The notes under the pieces are model-generated. The model ran no database searches. It worked only from the letters and a program-made list of their open reading frames with translations, and was not told the DNA's origin. A DNA stretch of 64,000 nt from Gemmatimonadales bacterium. GTDB taxonomy: Bacteria; Gemmatimonadota; Gemmatimonadetes; Gemmatimonadales; GWC2-71-9. The stretch lies in contig JBKJMX010000001.1 in assembly GCA_046596135.1 (NCBI GenBank), positions 1,912-65,911 on the forward strand. Reading direction: 5' to 3'. The first letter of the stretch is position 1; each line of letters opens with the position of its first letter. Below are positions 8,689-17,806 of the stretch, piece by piece. A program made the position numbers and the translations under genes.

Positions 8689-9190
8689 CGCGCGACACCT
8701 CCACCGAACCGTGTTCCTGCAGCAGGCGCTCGACCTCGGGCGCATGATCGTACCCGCAGGGCACGAACACGCCGATCCGGTCATCGCTGAAGGTCGGGTG
8801 ATATGGGCGGCCTCGGAGCGACTTCATCATCGACAGCACGATGATGCCGGCCACCGTCGCGAGCGAGCCGAAGAGGATGGTGAGCTCGAAGCCGATCACC
8901 ACGAAGGGCGGTATCGCGGCGATCGGCTTGCCGCCCACGAGCAGGGGCCAGTCGCGGGACATCCAGATGGCCATCGCGAAGCCGGCGGTACAGCCCATGA
9001 GACCACCGATCAAGGTCCAGAGCCGCACCGGAGAGATCGGGTCGCCCAGCGCCTCCTCAATCTCGTGATTGGCGGCGGCGGTGTACACCGTCAGGTCGCG
9101 ATGGCCCTGCTTGCGCAGGTCGCGGATCGCCTCGCACGCACCATCGATATGGATGAACTGTCCGAGCACTCCGGGAACGTTGCGGGCCAT
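8681..9190 (-). CDS. actD: Alternative Complex III subunit ActD (DUF3341-like)
   Basis: Start MARNVPGVLGQF overlaps the actC stop by 1 nt (TGATG). Soluble N-terminal part plus two TM helices, as in ActD. Confidence 0.8.
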   Translation of the reverse strand: MARNVPGVLGQFIHIDGACEAIRDLRKQGHRDLTVYTAAANHEIEEALGDPISPVRLWTLIGGLMGCTAGFAMAIWMSRDWPLLVGGKPIAAIPPFVVIGFELTILFGSLATVAGIIVLSMMKSLRGRPYHPTFSDDRIGVFVPCGYDHAPEVERLLQEHGSVEVSRDA

Positions 9191-10548
9191 CAGTGCGCCC
9201 CCCCGCTCGCGTTGCGGCGCGGCATCGGGATCATTTCCTTGATCTCCTGGATCGCCACGATCGGGAAGTTCTTGTAGAAGAGCGAGAACCAGAGACCGAA
9301 CCACCCGAACGAACCGAGGAGGATCAGCCAGTCTGCCCAGGTCGGGTTGAGCTGGCCCCACGCGTACGGCAGGTAGTCATTCGCCAACGACCCCACGACG
9401 ATCACGTAGCGCTCGAACCACATGCCGAGATTGATGAAGATCGAGATCACGAAGAGCGCGATCACGTTCACCCGGATCTTGCGGAACCAGAGGAGCTGCG
9501 AGACAAAGGCGTTGCAGATGATCATCGTCCAGCCGGCCCACCAGTTCGGGCCGAAGGCGCGGCGCCAGAAGGTGGCCTGCTCGAACACGTTCCCGGAGTA
9601 CCACGCCGTGAAGTACTCCATGGCGTAGGCGTAGAAGAGGATCGAGCCGGTGAACAGCGTCAGCTTCGACAGGTTGTCGAAGTGGTAGTCGGTGATCATG
9701 TGCTCCAGCTTGAGCACCTTGCGCAACGGGATCATCAGCGTGAACACCATGCCGATGCCCGAGTAGATGGCGCCTGCGACGAAGTACGGGGCGAAGATCG
9801 TCCCGTGCCAGCCCGGCACGATCGACACGGCGAAGTCCCACGAGACGACCGAGTGCACCGAGAGCACCAGCGGGGTGGCGAGGGCCGCGAGGTACAGGTA
9901 GGCGCGGCTGTAGTGGCGCCACTGCGAATCGGCACCGGTCCAGCCGAGCGACAACCAGCCGTAGAGTTTCTTCTTCCAGCCGCTCACGTGGTCACGCACC
10001 GCGGCAATGTCCGGCACCAGGCCCACCATCAGGAACGTCGACGAGACCGTGAGGTAGGTCGAGATCGCGAAGACGTCCCAGATCAGCGGCGACTTGAAGT
10101 TCGGCCACAGGAAGCGCGAGTTCGGGTAGGGCAGCAGCCAGTAGAAGATCCACTGGCGACCAATGTGGATGATCGGGAAGAGCGCCGCTGTCATGACCGC
10201 GAACACCGTCATCGCCTCGGTGGCGCGGTACACCGCGGTTCGCCATGGCGAGCGGAAGAGGAACAGGATCGCCGAGATCAGCGTGCCGGCGTGGCCGATA
10301 CCGACCCAGAAGACGAACGTGGTGATGTAGACCGACCACATGATCGGCGGCGCGTAGCCGGCGAGCCCGAGGCCCTCCTTGAGGAGGGCGGTGAGGGTCG
10401 CGAAGAGGATCAGCGTGAAGAACGCCATCAGCCCCACGAGGATGTAGTAGCCGCGGCTCGGGGTATCCGTGATCGTCTTCAGGACGTCACGGGTGACCTC
10501 GGCGTGCGTCTGCGTCGGCCGACTCGGGTCGTGCGCGATGACCGCCAT
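9190..10548 (-). CDS. actC: Alternative Complex III subunit ActC (NrfD/PsrC-like quinol-binding membrane subunit)
   Basis: 452 aa polytopic NrfD-like protein immediately downstream of actB. Confidence 0.85.
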   Translation of the reverse strand: MAVIAHDPSRPTQTHAEVTRDVLKTITDTPSRGYYILVGLMAFFTLILFATLTALLKEGLGLAGYAPPIMWSVYITTFVFWVGIGHAGTLISAILFLFRSPWRTAVYRATEAMTVFAVMTAALFPIIHIGRQWIFYWLLPYPNSRFLWPNFKSPLIWDVFAISTYLTVSSTFLMVGLVPDIAAVRDHVSGWKKKLYGWLSLGWTGADSQWRHYSRAYLYLAALATPLVLSVHSVVSWDFAVSIVPGWHGTIFAPYFVAGAIYSGIGMVFTLMIPLRKVLKLEHMITDYHFDNLSKLTLFTGSILFYAYAMEYFTAWYSGNVFEQATFWRRAFGPNWWAGWTMIICNAFVSQLLWFRKIRVNVIALFVISIFINLGMWFERYVIVVGSLANDYLPYAWGQLNPTWADWLILLGSFGWFGLWFSLFYKNFPIVAIQEIKEMIPMPRRNASGGAH

Positions 10549-10549
10549 C

Positions 10550-13500
10550 CTAGTGCCCTCCCCCCTGGTCGGCCGCGGCAGCGGGCTGTTCGGCGTCGCG
10601 ATGGATCACCCGCGCGAGGTAGGTGACCGACGACCTGACGTTCGTGTCCTCGAGCACCCGATAGCCGCGCGGGTCACGCTTCCAGCCCACCACCGCCGCC
10701 GCCGGGTCGCGCACGTTGCCGAACGCGATGGCCTTCGACGGACACGCCTGCGCGCACGCCGGCATGATGTCGCCGTCCTTGAGTGGGCGATCCTCCAGCC
10801 GTGACCTGGCCTGCTCGCCGCGGATGCGCTGCACGCAGAAGGTGCACTTTTCCATCACGCCGCGGGCCCGGGTCGTGACCTCGGGGTTGAGCTGCAGGTT
10901 GAGCGGCGACGGCCAGGCCTTCTCGTTGTACTTGAGCCAGTTGAAGTACCGGACCTTGTACGGGCAGTTGTTGCTGCAGTAGCGCGTGCCGACGCACCGG
11001 TTGTAGACCTGGCCGTTCAGACCGTCGGGCGTGTGGTACGCAGCGTACACCGGGCAGACCGGTTCGCACGGGGCGTTGTCGCAGTGCTGGCAGAGCATCG
11101 GGATGAAACGCGCCTCGATCGGCTCGCCGTCGTCCCCGCCCTCCCAGTAGCGCTCGATCCGCATCCAGCTCATCTCGCGGCCCTTGAAGATCTGCTCTTC
11201 GCCGACCGTCGGAATGTTGTTTTCGGCGTAACACGCGGTGACGCACGCCGAACATCCGGTGCAACGCGACAGGTCGATCGCCATGCCCCACTTGGCGTGC
11301 TCGATGCCGTATTCGCCGATCTTCCAGCGCTCCACCTGGCCCTCGTACCAGCCGTCGATCGCCTCGACCTCACGCGGCGGGTTGATCTCATGAGTGGAGT
11401 GTCCGCCCGCTTTGTAGGCCTCCTCCGGCGTCATCCCTGCGGCGGCATGCGTGAACGCCATCGCCTCGATGATCCCCCGGCCGAGCTGGCGAGGGGTGCC
11501 CTCAGTCTTGGCCACCTTGTGGTAGTCGCCGGTCTTCGAAATCGACACCCTGGTGGCGACGTACGGCAGGAAGCCCTGACCGTTCGCGGCGCCAACAATG
11601 TCGAGTGCGTTCGTGCCGCGGTCCTTGGCGTAGCGGCCATACTCGGTGTGCCCCAGCCCGATCGGCATGGCCACGGTGTCGGGACGTATGCCAGGAAAGA
11701 CGTACACCTGTGCGCGGAGCGAACCATGTGGCGACGTCAGTTCAACGATCTCGCCCTCGCGCACGTCAAGGCGGTGCGCGGTGTCCGGGTGAAGCTCGAC
11801 CCATGATTGCCAGGTGATCTTGGTCATCGGGTCGGGGTTCTCGAGCAGCCACGGCTTGTTGGCGCCGCGACCGTCGTAGTACATCGACGAGGGATACGGG
11901 AGGAAGACGAACTCGCCGTCGCCATCGAATGTCGGAACGCCGACCACTACATCGACCGTCGCTGCGGGGGCGGGAACCGCCGCGGTCGCGGTCGAGGCAT
12001 CCGCGTCCGGTAGGGCCCCGCGGAACTTGCCGCCCACCGCCAGCGCCTCGCGCCACGCGTCGGGGTCGTTCCCCCACGCCGCCTTGAGGTGGTCCTCGAA
12101 GGTCGCGGCGGTAAAGGCGGCGCCGAGCGCGCCACCGACCTTGCGCGCCGTAGCGAGCAGCACATCACCGGTGTGCATCGCCGCGAACACCGGCTGCGTG
12201 GTGGGCTGCATCAGGCCAACGATGCCATCGCGCGGCTGCAAGTCATCCCACCGCTCCAGGGCATGAAGATTGGGCAGCAGGAGATCGCACGCCGCAGCAG
12301 TCTCGTCCATCACCTGCGCGGTCGACACCTTGAACGGCACCTTCGCGAAGGCCTCGGCGAACTTGCCGCTTTTCGGCATGGTGAAGAGCGGGTTCGACTC
12401 GTGGATGATCACCATCGCCACGTTGCCGCTCGCCATGTCGGCAAAGAGCGCCTGCGCCGCGGAATACCCGTCGGACAACGCCGGTGCGGCCGTGAACGTC
12501 ACCGTGCGCCCGATGTTGCCGGCCGCCTCGTTGAGCACGTTCACCGCGTGACAGAGCTGGATCGCGCCGCGGTGCTGCGCGGCCACGCCACCGGCCACCG
12601 CGAGCGACGGCGACATGCTGCGGAACTCCTCGGCCATGGTGCGGATCGTTGCGGAATCGATGCCGGTCGCGGCACCTACCGAATCGGGGGTGTGCGTGGT
12701 GGCGGTGCTGCCGAGGTGGCTCGCCATCGCGAGCGCCACGAGCGTCTCGCTGCCCGCCGGGACCGAAACCCAATGGTCGGCGTTCGCGGCGGTGAGCGAC
12801 ATCCGCGGTCCAACGAATACGTGCTTCGCCATCTGGCCGTCGGCAAAGCCATGGGACGACGCGAAGCCACGCTGGTGCTCGACCGTGGCGCCCCAGGTCT
12901 CGAGGAAGTCGGCGCCGAACGACACGATGTAGCGTGCGGCGGCGAAATCGTACGACGGCAGGTCGCTGCGGCCCCACGTGAGTTCGGCTGCAAGTCGCTC
13001 GGCCTCGCGCGCAAACGGCTCGTAGCGCACGGCGCGCCCACCGACGACGGTGGTCCACTGGTTGAGGAGCGTCGAGAACGTGCTTGCCCCATATCCATTG
13101 ATCACCGCGAGACGACCCTGCGCACCGGGAACCTTGGCGGCAAGCCGGGCGATCGCGTCGTCCCAGGTGATTGCATCAAACCCGCCCGCGGCATTGCGGG
13201 CCATGGGGGTTGCGATGCGATCGGGATTGTAGAGCCCCTGCAGTCCGGCCTGCCCGCGGCTGCACAGCGCACCGGCGTTGATCGGGTGCTCGGGATTGCC
13301 CTCAAGCTTGATCGGCCGCCCCTCGCGGGTCTTGACGACGAGGCCGCAACCTGTGGAGCACTCGGTGCAGGTGCTGGCGTAGTACGTCGGCACCCCAGGA
13401 ACCTGGTCCTCGCTCTGCACCATATACGGCACCAGCTTTGCCACCCGGTCGGTGGAACAACCACCGAGGGCCGCGGCGCCGGCACCGGTGACACCGAGAA

Positions 13501-13582
13501 CCTTGAGGAACTGTCGCCTGTCAACGCCCGATTGCGCGTCGTCGCCCATTACTGCTCCGGTCTCGGGAAGTCGCGTGGTCAT
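10550..13582 (-). CDS. actB: Alternative Complex III subunit ActB (molybdopterin-oxidoreductase-like domain fused to 4Fe-4S domain)
   Basis: 1010 aa. Twin-arginine signal (RRQFLKVLGVTGAGAAALGGC). C-terminal ferredoxin-type Cys clusters (CTGCSACVTACYAEN, CQHCDNAPCEPVCP, CSNNCPYKVR, CAQACPSKAI). Confidence 0.9.
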   Translation of the reverse strand: MTTRLPETGAVMGDDAQSGVDRRQFLKVLGVTGAGAAALGGCSTDRVAKLVPYMVQSEDQVPGVPTYYASTCTECSTGCGLVVKTREGRPIKLEGNPEHPINAGALCSRGQAGLQGLYNPDRIATPMARNAAGGFDAITWDDAIARLAAKVPGAQGRLAVINGYGASTFSTLLNQWTTVVGGRAVRYEPFAREAERLAAELTWGRSDLPSYDFAAARYIVSFGADFLETWGATVEHQRGFASSHGFADGQMAKHVFVGPRMSLTAANADHWVSVPAGSETLVALAMASHLGSTATTHTPDSVGAATGIDSATIRTMAEEFRSMSPSLAVAGGVAAQHRGAIQLCHAVNVLNEAAGNIGRTVTFTAAPALSDGYSAAQALFADMASGNVAMVIIHESNPLFTMPKSGKFAEAFAKVPFKVSTAQVMDETAAACDLLLPNLHALERWDDLQPRDGIVGLMQPTTQPVFAAMHTGDVLLATARKVGGALGAAFTAATFEDHLKAAWGNDPDAWREALAVGGKFRGALPDADASTATAAVPAPAATVDVVVGVPTFDGDGEFVFLPYPSSMYYDGRGANKPWLLENPDPMTKITWQSWVELHPDTAHRLDVREGEIVELTSPHGSLRAQVYVFPGIRPDTVAMPIGLGHTEYGRYAKDRGTNALDIVGAANGQGFLPYVATRVSISKTGDYHKVAKTEGTPRQLGRGIIEAMAFTHAAAGMTPEEAYKAGGHSTHEINPPREVEAIDGWYEGQVERWKIGEYGIEHAKWGMAIDLSRCTGCSACVTACYAENNIPTVGEEQIFKGREMSWMRIERYWEGGDDGEPIEARFIPMLCQHCDNAPCEPVCPVYAAYHTPDGLNGQVYNRCVGTRYCSNNCPYKVRYFNWLKYNEKAWPSPLNLQLNPEVTTRARGVMEKCTFCVQRIRGEQARSRLEDRPLKDGDIMPACAQACPSKAIAFGNVRDPAAAVVGWKRDPRGYRVLEDTNVRSSVTYLARVIHRDAEQPAAAADQGGGH

Positions 13583-13583
13583 G

Positions 13584-14156
13584 CTAGTAGTGACACGCGG
13601 TGCAATCCCGCGTGATTTTTCGCTCGATGTGACAGCTCACGCACCAACCCATGTTGTTCACGTTGTTCACCTTGAAGACCTGCGGCATCCGCGCGACGTT
13701 GCCATGGCAGGTGGCGCAGCCGTTTGATCCAAGCGCCTTGATGTGGAGGCTGTGCGGGAACCGGACGTGGCGCGCGACCGAATGAATGCGGACCCACTCG
13801 ACCGGCTTCTTCGCGGCCCAGGCATCACTCAACTTCTTGATCTCGACCCGATGCTCGTCGGTCGTGCCCTTCACTGCCGCGTGGCAGCCCATGCAGGTCT
13901 GCATGCTCGGGATGCCCGGCTCACTCGACACTTGGACCGAGTAGTGGCAATACTGGCATTGCATCTTGAGCTGCCCAGCGTGGATGTCGTGGCGGAAGAG
14001 GATCGGCTGCCGGGGCCCCTTCAGCGACGACGTGTCGAGCGTCGCCACGGGTGGCGGCGGCGCCGCCTGCTGGGCGTCGGTCGGTCGTGTCAGTGCAATG
14101 ACGGCGACCACCATGGCGCCGAGCGTTGCACCGCCGAAGTACAGCTTGTTACGCAT
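13584..14156 (-). CDS. actA: Alternative Complex III subunit ActA (pentahaem cytochrome c)
   Basis: Five CxxCH motifs (CQYCH, CMGCH, CATCH, CVSCH, CTACH). N-terminal anchor MRNKLYFGGATLGAMVVAVIAL. Start at 14156 preferred over the listed 14261. Confidence 0.85.
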   Translation of the reverse strand: MRNKLYFGGATLGAMVVAVIALTRPTDAQQAAPPPPVATLDTSSLKGPRQPILFRHDIHAGQLKMQCQYCHYSVQVSSEPGIPSMQTCMGCHAAVKGTTDEHRVEIKKLSDAWAAKKPVEWVRIHSVARHVRFPHSLHIKALGSNGCATCHGNVARMPQVFKVNNVNNMGWCVSCHIERKITRDCTACHY

Positions 14157-14186
14157 AATTGCAGACCGCCGAAGAGGATCCGGGCT

Positions 14187-14202
14187 TGTGAAACATTTCA
14201 CG
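14187..14202. promoter_or_regulatory. CRP/FNR-family-like palindrome upstream of actA
   Basis: TGTGA-AACATT-TCACG, with inner perfect palindrome GTGAAA-CA-TTTCAC. It lies 31-46 nt upstream of the preferred actA start, in the only non-coding gap before the operon. Confidence 0.3.
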
Positions 14203-14355
14203 AACTCGCTGGTCCCGCAAAAACGAGGAGCCTCCGCACGACTCCCCCGGGTCGGTCGCAAAACTAGTGCAGCATCGGGGTCCGTTCAACTACGGGGGGC
14301 GAATGGGCAGAGGGGGAGCCTGATTTCGTCCGGGTGGAAGACGGCCCTGAAGCGC

Positions 14356-15129
14356 TCAGTCGCCAATGATCCCTCTACGCCGGAGGAAATGGCCGACCTC
14401 GAGGCCCATCGCCCGCAGCAGCGTCGCCTCGCGCGCATCGGGGTTGGCCCGGAAGATCAGCTCCCGGAAGCCGCGCATCACAAGGTCAGGCTGGCGCTTC
14501 TTGAAGAACTCCACGTTGGACAGCGAGGCCTGCCAGTCGGTGAAGATCGCCTCCATCTGTTCATGGGTGGCTGGGGCCGCCGCGTGTCGGGGAAGCTTGA
14601 AGGGGGCGTCGTCACCACCCCGCGCCACCCAGGTCTCGTACGCCATGATCGCCCACGCCTGCGCCAGGTTTAGCGACGAATAAGCGGGATTCGCGCTGAT
14701 CGTCACGAGCGCGGCGCACCGGTCGATCTCGTCGTTGTGAAGCCCGCGATCCTCCCGGCCCGCCAGGATGCCGACCCGCCCGGCGGCGGCCCGCGCCACC
14801 AACTCGCCCGCTGCGGCCCTCGGGCGCATCATGGTGCGCTTGGCGGTGCGTTCGCGGCCGGTCAGCCCAACGACCCACGTGAGGTCGGCAAACGCCTCGT
14901 CGAGGGTGTCATGAATCGTCATTCGGTCGAGCAGGTCGGCTGTGTTGTGCGCCACGCCCTCGATCCGGTAGAAGTCGACGTCGCATTCCGGTTGCACCAG
15001 CCGCACCGTCATGATCCCGAAGTTTTTGGCGATCCGAATGCACGACGCGAGGTTGACGAGATCCTGGACTGCGACAAGCACCAGTACCGGGGCGTCAGGC
15101 ATCGCTGGCACGTCTTCAACCTCGCTCAA
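14356..15129 (-). CDS. SpoU/TrmH-family RNA 2'-O-methyltransferase (TrmJ-like)
   Basis: SPOUT-type motifs: LVNLASCIRIAKNFG, GILAGREDRGLHNDEI and ISANPAYSSLNLAQAWAIMAYE. Confidence 0.8.
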   Translation of the reverse strand: MSEVEDVPAMPDAPVLVLVAVQDLVNLASCIRIAKNFGIMTVRLVQPECDVDFYRIEGVAHNTADLLDRMTIHDTLDEAFADLTWVVGLTGRERTAKRTMMRPRAAAGELVARAAAGRVGILAGREDRGLHNDEIDRCAALVTISANPAYSSLNLAQAWAIMAYETWVARGGDDAPFKLPRHAAAPATHEQMEAIFTDWQASLSNVEFFKKRQPDLVMRGFRELIFRANPDAREATLLRAMGLEVGHFLRRRGIIGD

Positions 15130-16031
15130 CCCCGCAACTCCACCCCTGCAGCTCGCTCAGCGACCCGGATCGGGTCGAGATAATCGGCCGTTTCACCCAG
15201 GTCGGCGCGCAGGGTGCGGAACTGTTCCCGGGCATGGGCGAGCACCGGGTCGCTGACGCCAAGTTCCTCCGCGAGTTCGTGGGCGATCCCGATGTCCTTC
15301 TCCAGCAACGCCAGGCGGAAAAGCCGCGGCCAGAGCCCGGTCAGCACCCGTTCTGGCACCAGGGCCTCGCTGACGAACGACCGTCCGCTCGATGCATTGA
15401 GCACCTCGACCATGGCGCGGGGCTCCACGCCGGCCCGGGCCAGCGTGACCATCCCCTCAGCGACCGCCAGGATGTGCACCGCGAGAAGCCCATTATTGAC
15501 CGCCTTCATCGCGTGACCCGCCCCGACGGGGCCGAGATGCACGACCTTCGCGGCGAATGGCGCGACGATATCCCGGGCACGGCTGACATCCGCTTCCGTC
15601 CCGCCGCACATAACAGTGAGCTGACCCGTCGCGGCGAGCGGTGGTCCACCACTCACCGGGGCGTCAACAAACCCAACGTCGACGGCGGCAAGCATCCCGG
15701 CCAACCGCCGGGAGGTGGCCGGGTCGCCGCTGGTGCAGTCGACGACGATCGATCCCGGTCGCAACCCCTGCAACAGCCCCTCCGGCCCGGCGAGGATCGC
15801 CTCGACGTCGGCCGAGGTGGGAAGACAGGTGATCACGGCGTCGCAGGACTCGGCGAGGCTCCGGGGCGACAGCGCAACGGTCACGCCGGCATTGGCCTCG
15901 GCGAATGCGGTGGCCGTGGCGGCCGTGCGGTTCCATACCGTGAGCTGGTGCGCGGCGGCACAGCGGGCGGCCATCGGCGTCCCGATGGCGCCAAGGCCGG
16001 CAAAGCCGACGCGGAGCGAAGTGGAGGACAT
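15126..16031 (-). CDS. NAD(P)-dependent oxidoreductase, 3-hydroxyisobutyrate dehydrogenase family
   Basis: Start MSSTSLRVGFAGLGAIGTPMA (Rossmann G-x-G-x2-G). DAPVSGG and GAGHAMKAVNN motifs. The listed 16355 start adds an Arg/His-rich extension that overlaps dinB. Confidence 0.85.
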   Translation of the reverse strand: MSSTSLRVGFAGLGAIGTPMAARCAAAHQLTVWNRTAATATAFAEANAGVTVALSPRSLAESCDAVITCLPTSADVEAILAGPEGLLQGLRPGSIVVDCTSGDPATSRRLAGMLAAVDVGFVDAPVSGGPPLAATGQLTVMCGGTEADVSRARDIVAPFAAKVVHLGPVGAGHAMKAVNNGLLAVHILAVAEGMVTLARAGVEPRAMVEVLNASSGRSFVSEALVPERVLTGLWPRLFRLALLEKDIGIAHELAEELGVSDPVLAHAREQFRTLRADLGETADYLDPIRVAERAAGVELRG

Positions 16032-16070
16032 GGTGAATGATAAGGCGTGACCGCCCGTACATTTGAGTCC

Positions 16071-17297
16071 ATGTCGATCCGCCTCATGCACGTCGACCTG
16101 GATGCGTTCTTCGTGGAAGTGTGCCGCCGGCACGATCCCGCGCTGCGCGACGTCGACCTGCTGATCGTGGGCGGCCGGAAGGAATCCCGTGGTGTGGTGC
16201 AGTCGGCGAGCTACGGTGCCCGGAAGTTCGGGATCGGCGCCGGGATGCCGATTGCCCAGGCCGTCCGGCTCTGCCCCGACGCGACGTTCGTGCGCGGCGA
16301 GTTCCTCCGCTACCGCGAGGCGTCTCGTGCGGTGCACGACGTCCTGCTGCGGCATTCACCGAACGTGGCGATGACCGGCCTGGACGAGGGTTACCTCGAC
16401 TTCACCGGTACCGACCTGCTGTATCCGGTCTCGTTGCTCGATGCGGCGGAACGGGTGCGCAATGACATCAGCGCGACAACGAACCTGCACTGCTCGATCG
16501 GGATCGGGTCCAATCGGATGATCGCAAAGCTCGCGACCGACTTCGCGAAGCCGCGCGGGATCTGTGAAGTGCGCCAGGGATGGGAACGCGGTTTCCTGGC
16601 CGGACTACCGCTTGCCGCACTGCCGGGAGTGGGGCCTCGCGCCGCCGCCAGGCTGTCTGACCATGGATTGCTCGACGTCGCGCAGGTGCAGGCCCTGTCG
16701 CACGCCGAGCTGGCGCGGCTCGTGGGGGACGACGAGGCGACCCATCTGGCGCGACGGGCAGCCGGACACGGTGGGACGGTGCTCCGGGCGCAGGCGTTGC
16801 CGAAATCAATCAGTCGTGAGACGACCTTCTCCCGCGATGTGAGCGATCCCGCTGAACTCGACCGGGTGCTGCTGCTGCTGACGGCCCGCGTGGGCAACCA
16901 GCTCAGGGAGGAGGGGCTCGCTGCTGGCGGGGTGACGCTCAAGCTTCGCCACGCCGACTTCGTCACCGTCACCCGCAGCCGGACGTTCGCGACGCCGACG
17001 TCGATGGACGCCGAGCTGATCGGCGCTGCCCGCCCGCTCCTTCTGGACGCGTGGACCGGGGCCCGGGCCCGAGGCCAGACCGTGCGGCTCATCGGCATTG
17101 CCGCCGCGCGGCTCGGGCAATCGGAGGCCCCAGACCTCTTCGAGAGCGCGGCGAGCGGGAAACAGCGCGACGTTTCCGACGCGGTTGATGCGGTGCGCGC
17201 CAAGTACGGCTTCGACGCACTCGGCAGCGGCGGGCTGGTGCGCAAGCGGCCGCTCGATCATCGGGATCGCCGCCAGCAGCCCGACCCTGATCGGTGA
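16071..17297 (+). CDS. dinB: DNA polymerase IV (Y-family)
   Basis: MHVDLDAFFVEVC, SASYGARKFGIGAGMP and the overall Y-family layout. The start could also be 16047. Confidence 0.9.
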   Translation: MSIRLMHVDLDAFFVEVCRRHDPALRDVDLLIVGGRKESRGVVQSASYGARKFGIGAGMPIAQAVRLCPDATFVRGEFLRYREASRAVHDVLLRHSPNVAMTGLDEGYLDFTGTDLLYPVSLLDAAERVRNDISATTNLHCSIGIGSNRMIAKLATDFAKPRGICEVRQGWERGFLAGLPLAALPGVGPRAAARLSDHGLLDVAQVQALSHAELARLVGDDEATHLARRAAGHGGTVLRAQALPKSISRETTFSRDVSDPAELDRVLLLLTARVGNQLREEGLAAGGVTLKLRHADFVTVTRSRTFATPTSMDAELIGAARPLLLDAWTGARARGQTVRLIGIAAARLGQSEAPDLFESAASGKQRDVSDAVDAVRAKYGFDALGSGGLVRKRPLDHRDRRQQPDPDR

Positions 17298-17360
17298 GGC
17301 TGCCTGTCGGGCCGTGCTCCAACCGCATATTTTGCGGCTGACACTGAACCGGATCGGCAC

Positions 17361-17747
17361 ATGGCAACAGCAGAGGGGCGCACCATACCGTTCACCGGCG
17401 CCGAGGCAATCGACACGGCGGTGCTGGAGACCTTTCCGTACGACGGGCCGGAGCAGGAGATCTCGACGGTCACCAACGAGTTCTCAGCCGTCTGCCCCTT
17501 CAGCGGACTGCCCGATCAGGCGATGCTTACCCTGAAGTATGTGCCGAGCGATTGTTGCGTCGAACTCAAGAGCCTCAAGTACTACGTCATGAGTTATCGC
17601 AACGTCGGAATCTTCCAGGAACACGCCACGGCGCGACTCGCGGAAGACCTGCAACGAGTGCTGCGCGCGCGCATGCTCACGGTGACGACTCTGTACAACG
17701 TGCGTGGTGGTTTCGAGACGACGTGCAGCGTGACGATGAAGGGTTGA
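17361..17747 (+). CDS. queF: NADPH-dependent 7-cyano-7-deazaguanine (preQ0) reductase, type I
   Basis: FSAVCPFSGLPDQA catalytic Cys motif and ELKSLKYY...FQEH motif. 128 aa. Confidence 0.9.
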   Translation: MATAEGRTIPFTGAEAIDTAVLETFPYDGPEQEISTVTNEFSAVCPFSGLPDQAMLTLKYVPSDCCVELKSLKYYVMSYRNVGIFQEHATARLAEDLQRVLRARMLTVTTLYNVRGGFETTCSVTMKG

Positions 17748-17805
17748 AAGGTTGAAGGGTTGAAGGGTTGAAAGGTTGAAAGGTTGAAAGGTTGAAGGGT
17801 TGAAG
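17742..17805. repeat. tandem octamer array (GGTTGAAR) x8
   Basis: Eight head-to-tail units with last-base pattern A,G,G,A,A,A,G,G. A partial GAAG precedes them and a degenerate GGTGATGG follows. The queF stop TGA (17745-47) lies in unit 1, and the kinase GTG/ATG (17807/17810) lies in the degenerate last unit. Confidence 0.95.
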
Positions 17806-17806
17806 G

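Noticed and set aside
9193-10626. 477-aa plus-strand ORF, and similar long ORFs at 12089..13615, 11033..11806 and 8056..8790
   Set aside because: They are antisense to actB-actE, which carry unambiguous cofactor motifs. The translated products are extreme in Arg/Asp/Glu/Pro/His content, so they are shadow ORFs.
16059-16074. Possible SOS/LexA box upstream of dinB (ACAT-N8-ATGT)
   Set aside because: The half-sites are only 4 nt and overlap the start codon. It does not match any LexA consensus I know (CTGT-N8-ACAG, GAAC-N4-GTTC, GTTC-N7-GTTC).
15126-16355. Long N-terminal extensions of listed ORFs (also 25130..26062, 33592..35106, 52093..54153, 34899..)
   Set aside because: The extensions are Arg/His/Pro-rich, overlap neighbouring genes or divergent promoters, and precede obvious native N-termini (Rossmann fold, signal peptides). 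Internal starts were used instead.
17742-17805. Possible CRISPR array
   Set aside because: The units are 8 nt and directly abutting, with no spacers, and no cas genes are present. This is a microsatellite, not CRISPR. The same applies to 21765..21820 and 23157..23205.
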